Shown here: positions 35,836 to 49,640 of the stretch, piece after piece
Position numbering within the stretch: the stretch's first letter is position 1
How the letters are laid out: every line of letters begins with the position of its first letter
Source of the DNA: Iphione sp. A-MEVVRFRX5
Lineage: Eukaryota
DNA: 64,000 nt
Reading direction: 5' to 3'
NCBI GenBank assembly: GCA_976226885.1
Contig: OZ320317.1
Span: 31,372,001-31,436,000, forward strand
The notes under the pieces: generated by a model
The model's database searches: none
Seen by the model: the letters and a program-made list of their open reading frames with translations, nothing else
Told to the model about the DNA's origin: nothing
Position numbers and translations under genes: made by a program

Positions 35836-38800
35836 AACAGGGTACCCTTAGACAGTTTTTTTCAGTGGTTCTGCTTGAGTGCAGAGGGGTGTGACGTAGC
35901 ACCACGATTCTCCATAAATGAACCTACAGGCTATTTAAGTTAAGCTGCATATTGGCCAATAATTCACTACTTTCGTTCATGATCTGCAGTGTGCTTGTTC
36001 TGCCTTGCCCTACAATTTTGTGGTATATTGGATGTTTCTGTTCACGACACGCTTTTGCTGTATTAGACCCTCACGGTCACCTCGGCTGTGTAGGTATTTT
36101 AAATTCCTTGAGGTCTTCAGCAGTGTTTACCTCCTAACGGGACCACTGTCTTGAGTCAAGGTAAAGGCCAACCCCAGAAAAATGAGTGTACGTGCTGTGG
36201 TTTCAACCATGATAATCGCAGCATGAGGCGTCATGAGAATTCGCCCCTTCCTGTGGGGATTAAACCTTCATCCACTCCTTGTTTAACCTACAATTACTGT
36301 CGGTGTAATTGGATCAGAGGAGTCTCCTGCAAGTAAGGTGTGTATTGTTGTATCAGCTAAGGGCGTTTAGGTTACAGTCATTCTTCACCTATAGAAACTG
36401 TGGCCGAGGTACACTTTAAAAAGGTATCAATGCATAGTAACAATGATTGCATAATATTAATCAGGATCATGTACGACCATTCAAAAAAGGGTCCTGTTTG
36501 AAGTACCTCGTGATAAAATGAATTAGGAAAAAGAAACAAAAATGTGAAATCTTTTGGGATCAAAATGTTAATGTTCAATTCGATTCAAAGTTATATTAAC
36601 CTTCTCATTACAATGTGCTTTCAGAGGGTAATATGATACATAAGGAAAAAATAAGGATATAGTGAAGCAGACATACATAACCACACAGCTGTCACTGTTT
36701 ACAGGAGCATTGAAGTGTCACCTATGTACAAATTTTCCATAAAATCATCTGTACAGTATTTCATCAGTCTCGAATGCTATCACATATGCACCAGTCACAA
36801 ACACATCGTGTTGTCGACATCAATTTGAGTGAATATATCTAATCAGTTATTGGTTGCTGTCAAGAACCAACATTACATGACGCCTTACACATTAGATCAA
36901 TCTGTATCTATGATGGAAGCTAATAAGGGCATATGGAAGACGGTTTTTTGCAACAAGGCATGCAATGGCCAAATGTACATGTTCATCTACCCATCTGATT
37001 GAGCTACAATGAAATATGCATGCACTATGCATATTGATCAATTCCTTGACAATAGCAGAGACAATTAAATAAGTTGCTCTATCATCTCCACTAGGGTTCA
37101 ATTACATCGATAGCACCTCACTGCTTAGCCACTCCTTACTAATGTACTTACATTTACGGAATCAGCAGTATGGCCAAAAGGCATATTAACACCATGTTAC
37201 TGTGTTCACAGCATATCTAATATTATCAAATAGACAACACAACTGCGTTAAGACAATACAAAACTGTGGAACACATCAGATTTTCCAATATTATTGTCCT
37301 AGCTATTCCCAAGCACCTACGGTTCAAAACCCCCCCAACCCAATGTTGCAGGATCATTTACAAATGCATCACGGACATACTTTAACAGTCGGATAGCTAT
37401 CACAGTATAGCATAGTTCAATGAGTTAGCAACATGACCCCACACCAAGTATAGTTATGGAATACTGGCAATAATATCCCCTGGCAACCCAAGTAATGGGA
37501 AGCACCACACAATCTCCCAACAGGAAATTCTTCTCGGAAAAACTTCCCAGATTTTGCCCTAGGCACCCTGCATTGCAGACTATGGCCTGCTCGAGTTGCT
37601 GCCCTCGCTCATGGATTAGCCCTAGATGCACTTGCCTGTGCACTGCCAATAAAGCCTTCCGTCCGACAACTTCGCCCACTCATGAACACAACCTTGACGA
37701 CCGCATTATTGTCTTTATGTGGATATTGCAGTTGGGAAGCACTGTGACACCGTATGTTCCTACAATTGCAGCATCCCAGATGACAGCATGTATACATGTA
37801 TGTATATACACACTAGCTCATGCCTAGAAGCTTATTTACTGGGACAATATACATTTCACCACACAAAATGTGAATATCATGACACTTCATCATATATTCA
37901 GCAAGATAGTGAGACCTAAAGCTCAGTAAACCGAAGTTACCTACAGAGACTTCTTTATTTTGACAAGTAAAAAGTTCTCGTAACATTCGGTGTGTCAATG
38001 TGATCAAAGATATGAAGTGTACGTTGCCCTTATGAAAAAAAGAGCACGGACTTGTGAGGATGACCAGTTTAGGACTGAGGTCATCCAGTGTAACTTGCTG
38101 AGCGGACATGAGCAGGTAATGGAAAGAAGTGTCACTTAATTTATTATATTGTTACTGTGTATTTGGTGGTAGAATACTTGGAACCTTGTGAGCCTTTATA
38201 CGTCTTTACAAAATATACTCAGTTGAACTTCTGCCCTTATGTATCTTTATCTGATCACTTACTTCACAGAATGATCTAGATGATAGATGCTTAAGTCATG
38301 CAAGTTTGGTAGGTGGTGCTGCCGAACAATGCTGAGCAACATTCATCTACGTTCTGCTAATTTGTTTTAAAGCAGTTCTTATCCGATAGGAATAAATGTA
38401 GCAGTGTTATTTCGAATCTACCAGCTTTCCCCTTGAGGCTTCTGCCGTGTCTTCGTATATTGAGAGCCCCTTGTCATGAAGACACGTATCAAAACCATAG
38501 TTTAAAAACCGTTGACAGATGGCGATAGAAACCTTTACTCCAGGTGTTAGCACAGACTATTTTGTATCATCTCTCTAAATTCTGTGTGTCAGAGAGATAT
38601 TTCTAAATTTATACCCGTCTATGACTTATTTATTGTGGTAGTGATATTGAGGGTCGGGCTCTAACGCTGGGGGCTGTTAACTAATTGAGTTGCAAATAAA
38701 AGCAAACTTCAGTGGTGAGCAGTGTGGCGTAAACAACTTGATAGGCTGAGATTTCATATCGTCGATGTGGGAATAGCCTGCTATCTGTAACAACATTTTA

Positions 38801-41800
38801 TATTTAATCTAACTGTGCGATAGCTCGCTTTTTCACTCGAAAGTAAGACACTGATTAAAGGACCGAGCGTCAAAGACATTCCCTTTTGTACACGGGAGTA
38901 TCTCTACTCTGACGTGTTTTTAAAAGCTCTCAGATATTGTAAAATTAAATGCGTGGCCCCCGCTAAATCCCTTGTCTGATAAGACGTGTTGAGGTTGTTG
39001 TCAGCAGCAAGTACTGTAGTCACTCTTGAGAAAATAAACGGAGCTTGTGCGGCGACAGTATAAAGTAAGGATTCCAATGAAATCAAAATTTAACGTCGTA
39101 GGTGAGACCTCCCAGGTCTGCAAAGGATGTCCTACGATCAAAACCTTTTAAGCTGAGTTACGGGCGCCATTGCTAGACGAACGACAAACCAAAAAAAAAC
39201 AGCCCCTCTTGTGAAACAAACAGGTATATGTATTTATGTATGTATATATGGACAATTCTAGCAACCTTAGTATCAGTCTTGGAGAATACACAATTTGAAA
39301 TTTGACAAAACAGGTCATTATTATCATTTTAAATACTATTTTCAGAGCTTCAGTTATGCCCAAGGCCAGATAATGGTACTGGTGTATATTTCATCCTGTA
39401 CTAAAGATGCTGGCTGAGAACATAAAAAAAATGTCTATGCATTTTTATGCTAATATTTTGGTTTTAGTTTTAATACAGTTTTGCTACAATGTATTGTCTG
39501 GAACTGGTAGAAATATTGGTGGAATTGAGCATTCATATAATATATTTATATAAATACCATATTCACATACTGTTTTTCAGGAGAGAGCTTTACCGCCGGG
39601 GGGGGGGTGTATTTGTGGTCTACAGTTCTATAAAGAATCTGGGTGCCATTTTGGAGGTCTTTTCAAGATAGGTTCGAAGCGTTACCTTGACTGTACAATT
39701 TACGCTACAAAACGCTACTTAAAAGAAGTCTGCAATAGGGGCATGTCTCAATTCGGGACAGTTTGAGAAAGAACCAAGAGTGTCCTGATTGGAGGAATTG
39801 TAGTGTACGTACACGTATATCTGAAGAGAGGGTAGTCAAATGTAACCTATATTACACTACCATTATCTGTTCCTCTTCTTGGAACTGATTCTCCTCTGAG
39901 CAAAGGGAAAGCTATGCCTAGGCAATGCCTTAAACATTTTGTGTATAGATATATAGGTATGTATTTCATATATGAAACGAGCAACACCTTCTCATAGATG
40001 CACTTTGTTAAAGGACATTTATAGTCAGGACATTCCCTTGAGCTCTGCACATCGTCAATTCCAGCGTTAACCTAGATCACTGAGAATTCTCTGTGAACAC
40101 GTTTTAGACGGGGACGGGCGACAGAGCCGCAGGAAGCCGGCGCAGGGCACCTCTTCCGCTGAACTACCCAAACCAGCTATACTAGGATAACCCTCTGCTC
40201 CAAATATACAGTGATTGAATAGAGAGCACAGGTGGAGCGTCGCAACAAAAATAGATTTAGGGCCAGCAGTATTGTGATGTGAACTAGGAACATAGATCAG
40301 TTTTCCTATCAAAGTGTCGAAATTACTTGCAAAAATGTGTAAGCGGCAAGACTTTAATGACCAACTGATCTGATAAATACCTCCCTTTGTATGGTTTCCT
40401 AAATTAAGTTTTGATCTTCGCCGGTTGCTAACGAATATCAGTTAACAAATCTTTTCCTCTTCTTCGATAGAACGTCATTCTTTGGTTATGAATGTCGGTT
40501 ATCAAATGGCCTTACGAGATAGTATTCAATCACATTCATATACAATCGTAATTCCAGTTAGTTTCCGGCTGCGGTTTCCCATGCATGCAGTTCACAGCTT
40601 GACGGAGCTGACGAATACATTATACGAACACAGGTTTTCCGGCTACTTCTATAAGTATAAATATGTGGGCGCCAATTACTCGACATTCTCTATCGTACTT
40701 GGTGTCTGTAATCAACCAATTCGGATCCAAATCTCTTCCTTCGCCCAATATTTCCGTGAAGTTAATAAGCCGGCTACCCCGAAAGAATCCCTGCCTTTTT
40801 AAATGTTCGGCTCTACGACAAGGTTCCAGGCACTCGTGAATGTATGAAAGGGAGCCGGCCATAGAACCGTGTCTTTCAATGAGGTTATAGTAACTCCTTG
40901 TTTGAAGCAGCTGTTCACGTCAATCCCCAAGCCGATGTTTTCAACGTACCATGCTTAAATCCCGGGCAGGAGACCTTCGACAGGTTGCGTCTAGGACAAA
41001 TGCTTTCGGTCTACTCACTGGAGAGATACCCTTACGTCAGTAAATGCTCGCGTATTGCTCAAATTCAAAGCTTTCCTTTGTGAATGGAGAAAGCATCCGT
41101 TTACTATTTTCAGCCAATTATGAATTGCTTTAATAAGTCGGATATCCACTGTTGATATTTCGGTCTGGATGGGTAAAGGACCTAGATCTCGGTTCGGCTA
41201 CATTCGTCACACCACTGAATCCAATTTTACTTCCAGCGAGAGGGCTTTTGGATGTTTCCCCCGGACACGAGTGCAGGTCACGTTCTATCCTCTTAAGTCC
41301 GTTCTCCTAAAGTGGAGTGCCTTACGTCGGTGAAAACAGGATCAATACTATTTGTCAGAAGCCATGGATACCACGTAAGGTTTTGGAAATGTAACCACTG
41401 TGCTTGTGAAGGATGTAAAAGAGGAAAGTTTACAACCGAATGAATTGAAACGCCGTCTTGCCTGACGGTGATTCGATGACAAATCGCATGTCGGCTGCAA
41501 ATCTGTAATTTATGAGATTCAGCATGACCATCAACAGGTGAATAGCATGCACTCTTTGGCCTAGTACAATTAGCACTAGCAATTAACCGCTGAATGCCAA
41601 GACGCAAAGTTGAAAGCTTTTTCCTAATTTTGTTTTTCCTGTTTTTCGAGCCGCGTCAAAAGTTAACACATTGTTTTTCTGTCTAGCCTTTGTTGTTGTA
41701 CAGGTCAGTACACACTACCTTCCAGTAAATACACACAAAGCATATTGGTATTCTGAGCTTGAAACATTGGCTTGTTAGCTAGTTGAGCTGCTCTCAGGCG

Positions 41801-44800
41801 GGATTATTCCTCCAATGCTCTATGAGGTCTCGGAATTGACCGTACAGCATTAGAAGTGTGGCTGCTTCCATAAATCATGACAAATATCGTAAACAACGTA
41901 ACAGACCAAGTAACCTTCTAACATAACGTATAAACCGAACGGGAATATACTTTCGACATTGATAAGAAATCCAATCCGCATAAAATGTATACATGAAAAT
42001 TTGCATTTATTTGTGAGGACTTTTATCTTCTGATAGACGTCAACTTTCTATTTACCCACCAATTCAATATTGTCAATACGTGAAGCTTTTATGCAGTCAT
42101 TATTTCCTGTACTTATTAAAATCTTCTCTCCAAGTACACATATTATATACATGTATTTGTATTAAAAGCTACTCTAAGGTTGAAGCCAATCAGCTCATGT
42201 ATAATGGGATCGAACAGTAGCTCAGGGAGTTTTTCTCATATAATGCCGGTAACAAAAAAGCTGCTTGAGGTACAATTTTCATGTAGGGATGGATCTAAGG
42301 AAAAAAAGTAACTTCGGTCCCCTTTCCGAAAGCCTCCGCAGCCATTGCCAATATGTGACAGCTAGCACCTGACATTTCTTCCAATTACTGGCAACCTTAG
42401 ACTGACCTGAGGTCTGCTTCCAGCAATCCAAAGTGAGGGCTTTTTTTACACGGGCAAGTTTCCTATTAGATATCCGATTTCGTGCAGGATAGTGAAATGG
42501 AAAACTCCCCCAACAAAATACAATCACGTATCTACATTCCCCTGTTTGAGTATTTGATCAGTTTTCTTGGTCCAGGAGGATGTGCTTTCTGTTGTCGGTC
42601 CGTCCGGCTTTGCTTGGTCATCATTAGCTTTTAGTTGTGCGAATAAAAACAGGTGGCTACACCTTAATATTTGACAATATAAAAGAAAAGTTGTCCTTCA
42701 ATCGTCAGTACTGCTGGTAATCTGAGAATTAATCGACGGTTCATGGTTCTGAGGAAAATGTGAAAATCGGCTGGCCCATACAGGAGAGAATGTCTAACAG
42801 TCTGAAATAAGGAGCTGCTCGCCGGGGATGAGCAATGCTGAGGGAATCCTGTGATTTGCGATGTGCCGGTATGCTATTCATTTCGTGAACCGTCTGGGGA
42901 GAGATCTGTCATGACAGCTTTACGCTGTGAACAGCTAGGGTGCCAAGATGGAGATTTTAACTCGTTGGCTCTCCATAGACAGTGCGGACTTTCTTAAGAA
43001 GGTCGCGAAGCCACGAAGGTCAGCCGATGTTAACCTTATGGAACACGGTTCTCCCCGGGGTTAGGCTTCGCTATCATTTGTTCCTACACGCTCTTGTAGA
43101 CACTATACAACCGTAGGGGTGAGTTACCGCGCTAGTCTTGCTTACCGTGCAGGCTGCCCTCCAGCCCATAAGGTATGGGCGTCGGTCCTGACCTCAATCT
43201 GTTAGCATTAATCAGCAAGGCGAACAAAGCTCCTTGTGCTTTAACGATCGATATGACTGACTGTTGGCATAGGTAGGTGGACAAAGCGTGGCGCTACGTT
43301 GGTTTCCCTCGATATTCCGCAAATCCCTTCCCAAACGTCATGCCATTAGCTTTTGCTCTGCCTTTCCCTTGGAAGGTTAATCACCTTCAAGGTTGCAGAG
43401 ATTGAGGCATTCGATGCCGAGAGGGGAAAACCCAAGGTCTTGATATCGCATTTTTACATCACTGAAAAAAAACGTAATCTGTCAAGAAGATTGATGGAAT
43501 GACTCTTACAAATCATAGAAGGGAGCCTGCATATACTTAATGGAATAAAGACAGTAGGAACTACGAAAGAGACCGTCATAAAGTTTACATTATGCTGATA
43601 ACAATGGGAGGATGAACAGATCCGTGAGATGCATGACTACACTTACGCCGGCGAATTTATGCAGTAGGATGAGGGCAACAGTTATATTCACAGAAAGAGC
43701 TCCATTCATCGTGTCTTTGTCATACAGGAGCCCATCAGCGCCGTTGACTCCGCACTCCGGGGGTGATTCATTTGAAACAGATCAAGCACTGTCTCCGCGC
43801 AAGATAAGCATCTAATGCATAGTTACCATCCCGCGACACTTGGATAGCCTATCCTCAACCCCATTCATCCACGCCACGCAAAGCCTGCGTTACGCCCAGC
43901 CCGTTCTTCTTCATCCCACTGCGCCGCGCGTCCTTGGGCTTCATATACGCAATATAAGCGCGGACCAGGCTAACCGTTGAAGGTAGGAAGCCAGTCGCAA
44001 ATCTGATACCTCTGATGTCACGGCGGTTCGCCAGCCAGTGAGTCATGGGATTGGACGACGCGAACGAAAGCAATATCACCATATCAAGAGATACATTCGA
44101 TATACATTCATTTCCACGGTGATTGTGCCCGTATACCTCCCCTATGTACATATCCTGTCCCGCGTCGTTGTTTTTTTCCCATAGCCCTTGAAGATTCACC
44201 TAGGAGAGATCCTGGAATCAGACCATCAAAGACCAATTTATCGGCCTCAATCGTGCTCGATCTAAAACGGAAGGCGTCTTGCCTCATTAGGAGCTATCCG
44301 CCCCTACCTGTACGCTAGCGTCGCGATATCCCCAGTAGAGGGGTCCTGGGTTGCGATATAGAAGAGCTAATCTTTTCAAGGGGCTGGTACCCAATATATC
44401 CTCCCGTCATCTTATTTGATATTTGGACGAGGGGCATGTTAGAGATCACCCATCGACCGCTGCGTCCAGATTTCTCTAGGGGAGAGGGGCGGGGCACATG
44501 AGGAACATTCAACCATTCATCCATCCATCACCCACTCACTCACTCACTTCCAGAGACTGGACCTAAAAAATCGAATAACCCCAGTTTCGGTGTTATTCCC
44601 TTTCAGGTCAGATCAGTGCCTGTCTTCTTGCTCGCTCGATACCGTCAACTATCATGGGGAGTTTCTAGAAACATCTGCACTGCGCATATCGACCCTGGAC
44701 GACCAACCAATAACCATAGAACTGACCAAAACCCTGTCATACGGGTCTACTGATTCATCTGCACTACGTATCCTCTCCCTATCTTTTTACGAAGCTAGGG

Positions 44801-46794
44801 CCTGCATCCGATATGACATTTCTTGTATATAGACATTAATTAAATATTAATGAAAAGCAGGAGACTAAAGCGGTCTTTTTGTATCGCTCGCTCTTGCAAT
44901 CGGAGGACCAGATGACCTCGTGAGGCATTAATGAAAAATCTGTATGCGGCCTTTTTTGGCTTGGGAAGCCTTAGTCTGCAATCCTCCAGTGGCCTCCTTC
45001 ACATTTATCATGCACTGTACACTGGTGGATTATCTGGCCTTCTTTTATGTCCTGAATTTGGTCAAGAGGGTATCTGATCGGAGATGCTTGTTACAGCAGT
45101 GACAGGGCTGGGGGACAGAGAGGCCAGTAAAACTATCGGAGGATGGGTAAAAGATGTTTAGGAAACGTGATCAAGGGGTGAGACCCGCGGATGATGAAGC
45201 GAGACGGCTGAAATCCCGCCATTCCTGTCTACATTAGGCATTTACCCCCTAAAACTGACACCCTGTGCACTCAGGCGGGAATACGCCCAGTTAATGGCGC
45301 TGCACCTCGCCACATGGTCTGTATTGTCCCAGGTATTTATCATAGGCTTATCCAATTATTCAGTATACCGCTCGTCGTCATTATCATCATAGCCAATGTT
45401 TTAACGCTTTCTTATGGGGATAACATTACTTCGTTCGTGAGTGAAAACCGAGCCAGGCGGACAAGTATAAAAAATGTCTTGGCATTACATATGCTGTAAC
45501 ATAAATGCAGTAATTTCTTACGGTGCATTCCATCTTCTGTCTTTGAATATAATGCATCAAATGTTTCTGTTATATCAGTGGTACTTTCTGTTAATAATAA
45601 AGAACTGTTTCATTGTTTGACATATTGCAGGGGACGGCAGGGATACCATTGTCTCTACTTCGTCTACATTCTGTAGTTACTTCATGCCTAAAACCAGAGC
45701 ACACAGAATTTGGAAACTAGGAACATACAGCTTCGAAGTGATGCAACTCAGCAAAATAATCACTTCCACCAAATAAATAGAAGAAACTATGGCTTTTAAA
45801 TTACTTTTTCGAAATTAAATTCACAGAAACGAAATCTTTGTAGGAAGTTCTTTGATGGATGTTAATGCTTGTGTTCCGTGTTGCTTGTGTTAAGTTCAGT
45901 CTGGATGGTTCCACTTCACAACTATTACTTTCTACTCAATTAGAATAGACAAAATAACACAGATTATTGCGTGTAGATGTCTTTGGTACAAATTTTACAC
46001 TGACATCCCCAAACAGTCGCTGTATTGCCATTCTATTCATATCACCTTAGGAAAATGCGCAGGTTACTTCAAGGCTAACCGACTTTATTCAGACTGCAGT
46101 TAAGGCGACGATGGACCGGGCCATGCTGGCCCCTGGGCATTCTGCAATCTCAAAAGGAGAGAAGACAATATAACATCCGCAAGAGATAACGCAGAATGGT
46201 ATCATTTAAAAAAAAACTTTCGTTCGGTAAGCTAGTAATATTTGGATATTAGTATGTTAGCAAGATGTCACGTTCGAGACCACGACTAATGTTTTACACT
46301 GGTATATAGCCCAAGTGGTGCGATCGACTTCAATACTCATGCATCGTTACTCAGCTCAGTTCAAACTGAGATTGAATGGAATTAGAGAGACGGTGTTATA
46401 TGACTGGGTCAACAATAAAAATGAGGAAATATTACGCGGGTGTCATGGAATGACTGTGGTGAATCAGTTGAATGTCAGAATGAAACGCGATGGTAATATT
46501 GTAGGTAAACAGTAAATGTAATGGATTTCTCAAATATGATCATGATTTGATACAAGGTATCCGCCTTTCCAGTATGGGTAACAGTGGGACACATGGCCGC
46601 AGAAAATACACCTTCCTTGTGCTGTTTTCCTTTTTTTAAAGTTGTCTCATGTTTCAGCAGCCTCCTTGCAAGGCGTGTACGTTTAGGATTCATAGTATGT
46701 AACCATGCTCGATCCTACCCTTCCTGTTATGTGGGTGGAAAGGAAAATATTTCTTCCTCTCGAGGATAAGTGTCCAAATCCCAGGTATAGTATT

Positions 46795-47125
46795 GTAATG
46801 TAATAACGTTACCTGTGGTACCACAGCCACGTGTATTGTACTTGATGAACTCTAAGGCTTAGTAGTAACGTTGCCTGTGGTCCCACAGTCGCGTGGGTTG
46901 TAGTAGTAACTTTGTCTGTGGCACCCCAGTCACGTGTGTTGTACTTGATGAACTCTTAACACGTAGTAGTAATACTGCCTGTGGTTCCGCAGCCACTCGT
47001 GTTGTACTTGATGAACTCTAAGATTTAGTAGTAATGTTGCCTGTGGTCCCACAGTCATGTGGGTTGTAGTAGTAACTTTGCCTGTGGTTCCGCAGCCACT
47101 CATGTTGTACTTGGCCCTGTGTGGC
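46795..47125. repeat. Compound minisatellite of ~63-bp and ~39-bp units
   Basis: Recurrent gtagtaac(g/t)ttgcctgtgg..c.cagcc/tc and ttgtacttgatgaactct blocks. Confidence 0.85.
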
Positions 47126-49449
47126 CAATAAAACAGTTTGTACTTGGACCTCACTAGTGGACCTTGTTGATTGGGGATGTAACAAACCAACTTGGATTAC
47201 CTAGGGTTGGCACTTGGATGTAACCGCACTGGGACTACAGTGAAGTAACTGAGACAGGATAGCACTAGACATAGCTGGATCTACCAAGTGGGAGATTTAA
47301 CAGAGAATTATCCTGGAGTTAGGACTTGGCTAAAACCTCACTGGAATTATAGTGGAGTAACTAAGCGAGTTAGACTTAGTTGGATTACACCAAGTGGAGA
47401 AGTCAGCCATTAAATTACAGTGTGGATGGGTCTGGAGAGGGTTATAACGTATAGAATGGTAGAAAAACGGTTTAAGGGGAAATGAAAGCGGCAGGAAAAG
47501 AGAAAAAAAGATAAGAGGTTGACAAGATAAGAACAGAGAGATGGGCCGTGTTTTGTCCCAGTTAAGGACCGGATTGGTATGCAGGCTTTTCTTACCATGT
47601 TTCACCCGCCATTGTCTTCTCAGTTAAAGTTGCACATGTCTTTGTGTGGCAATATGCTTTGGCCACATGTGGTCTGAGGCATTTATGAGAGGGAAGCCAC
47701 ATATCCGTTGGACTCCCTAGAGGGCTGCTCTACATAGAAAAATATAACTACTATACTCTGCCACGTCTTATTTCACAGCATTACCGTGAAAACTTTTAAT
47801 TACAGTATCATATATGTAAGTAAATAAAGTCTATCTTTGATATTATGATTATCAGTATGATAAACGAATTGACTTAAATCCACTGTTTACAATAATATGA
47901 TTGACTATATATCTAATACCTTATACAGAGATATATCACTTACAGTTACATAACATCGCTAGTTAGATAGGTAGTTTTTTAAAATGTTTTTTCCATACTT
48001 AATGGATCTTGAAGATAGCAAATGTGTATGGCAATGTCACTTCTACTGATTATATTTTAATGAAACAAATCAAATGAAAGCTTGTTCACTATGAGATACA
48101 ATGGTGTATAGTGTAATTCTCTGGCATTATCCATCCCTGAGATATTCTCAAAAGAATAATAAAACGTTCCGATCCCCCAAACGTAGGGTAGGTCCGGTTT
48201 CTGAAAACAAATAATTGTCTACAAGCCCTAGCCTGTACCCACAATATCTTTTTACACAGTAATTGAATAGGGGTACACATTGTCTTTAATAGCGTACAGC
48301 TGACTGTCACTGCTATAGCTTGAGATGATAGCATTGACACTTTGTGACAGACCACAGATAAGTTAATGTTACGACAATGTCGACATTGTCTCGTGATCCA
48401 GGGTCAAAGAAAAGGATGATCGAATAAAATGATTGCTTGCTCATCATTAGGGTATCGTCTCATGGCTATTATGATTATTTTGTAAAAGTTCCCTCTTTGG
48501 CAATGAATGTGATAAATGAATGTCAAGGCATTGTAACTTTTCATGGATAGTCTCTGAATGACAGAGAAAATAGGGAAATCTCCGAGTTAATCCAAATGGT
48601 AACACTATTGTAACAGAACATGACGTTTTGCTCGTGCATCAACACGGAATGACTGTGAGCAAGACCCTAGCATTGACTGGAACCTTGTAATTATTCATTG
48701 TACATACCACCCTTCTCTATTGGTTCTCTTTGTGTACCCCTGTATCTATTCAAACAGGGATTGTGCTATTGTCATATTACAAAGTACCTTTTCTGTATCG
48801 TCTATGTTCAATTTAAAGGGTACGTTACGAGCCAGAACAATGAACTTGCTGGGAATGGACGGAATCGTCACTGGTATGGATGTGACATGTGACCACTTAT
48901 GTTTTTCTTTTGTCTTGGGTGAAGGCAGCATTCAGGATATGTACACTGATGCGAGAAAAATCAACATGAAATATGGGTTAAGAAAGACCTTTCAGAAATG
49001 ACAATTGTCTCTTAATTGATTTATAATCAATGCCCTGCCGGAATACCTGTGTATTAACTCAGGGAGGCAATAGGTCATCCTCAGGGTGACAATGGTAACC
49101 ATAGAGGTTAAATGGTGATTCGGGATCCACTAAGAGAGTGTGTTGGAAGTATAAAAGACATGGTCTCTCTACAGATAGTTCGATTCACCTGAACAGTTGT
49201 CAACAAGTGTATTATACTGCGGTCACTCAACAGTACATTCTTCTCAGCAATAAATGCAGAATTGAACTGGCTTGATGCGGTACACCTCTTTTAGAGTCAG
49301 TGTTGGTAAAATGAATGACTACACTGTCATATGTGAGATGAATAAAGAAATATAGACTTCAACATATTTTTGTGATTCGCGTTGTCTAAAAAAAGGTAAG
49401 AATCCACCTTCTAAAATTGTCATAGCATTTTATAACAACGTTACCACGA

Positions 49450-49640
49450 TGCCAACACAGCATTACGATTCCTTTGAGGCAGGGTTACACTGTCAGTTGT
49501 AGAGGTTTCAATCAATGCACATAGTGGCCAACACATCCTGGAGTCGGCGCTGAAAATTTTGCCTCGAGGGATCTGTGCACTAGTCCGATAGGCCAGGACC
49601 ATACACAAATTTCCTGTTCTTAGGTTGCAGGTCATAACTA
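49450..49640 (-). pseudogene. Decayed EGF-like repeats (tentative)
   Basis: Minus strand reads VMTCNLRTGNLC and MCID*NLYN*QCNP, then LKGI after a frameshift. The spacing resembles EGF CiD.vn.Y.C.C.pG..G..C with a Cys codon mutated to TGA. Confidence 0.3.

Noticed and set aside
33113-35943. Numerous His/Thr/Tyr-rich ORFs
   Set aside because: Translations of CA-rich microsatellites.
46795-47125. Repeat-spacer-like appearance (CRISPR?)
   Set aside because: The units are degenerate copies of each other with no unique spacers, there are no cas genes, and the context is eukaryotic.
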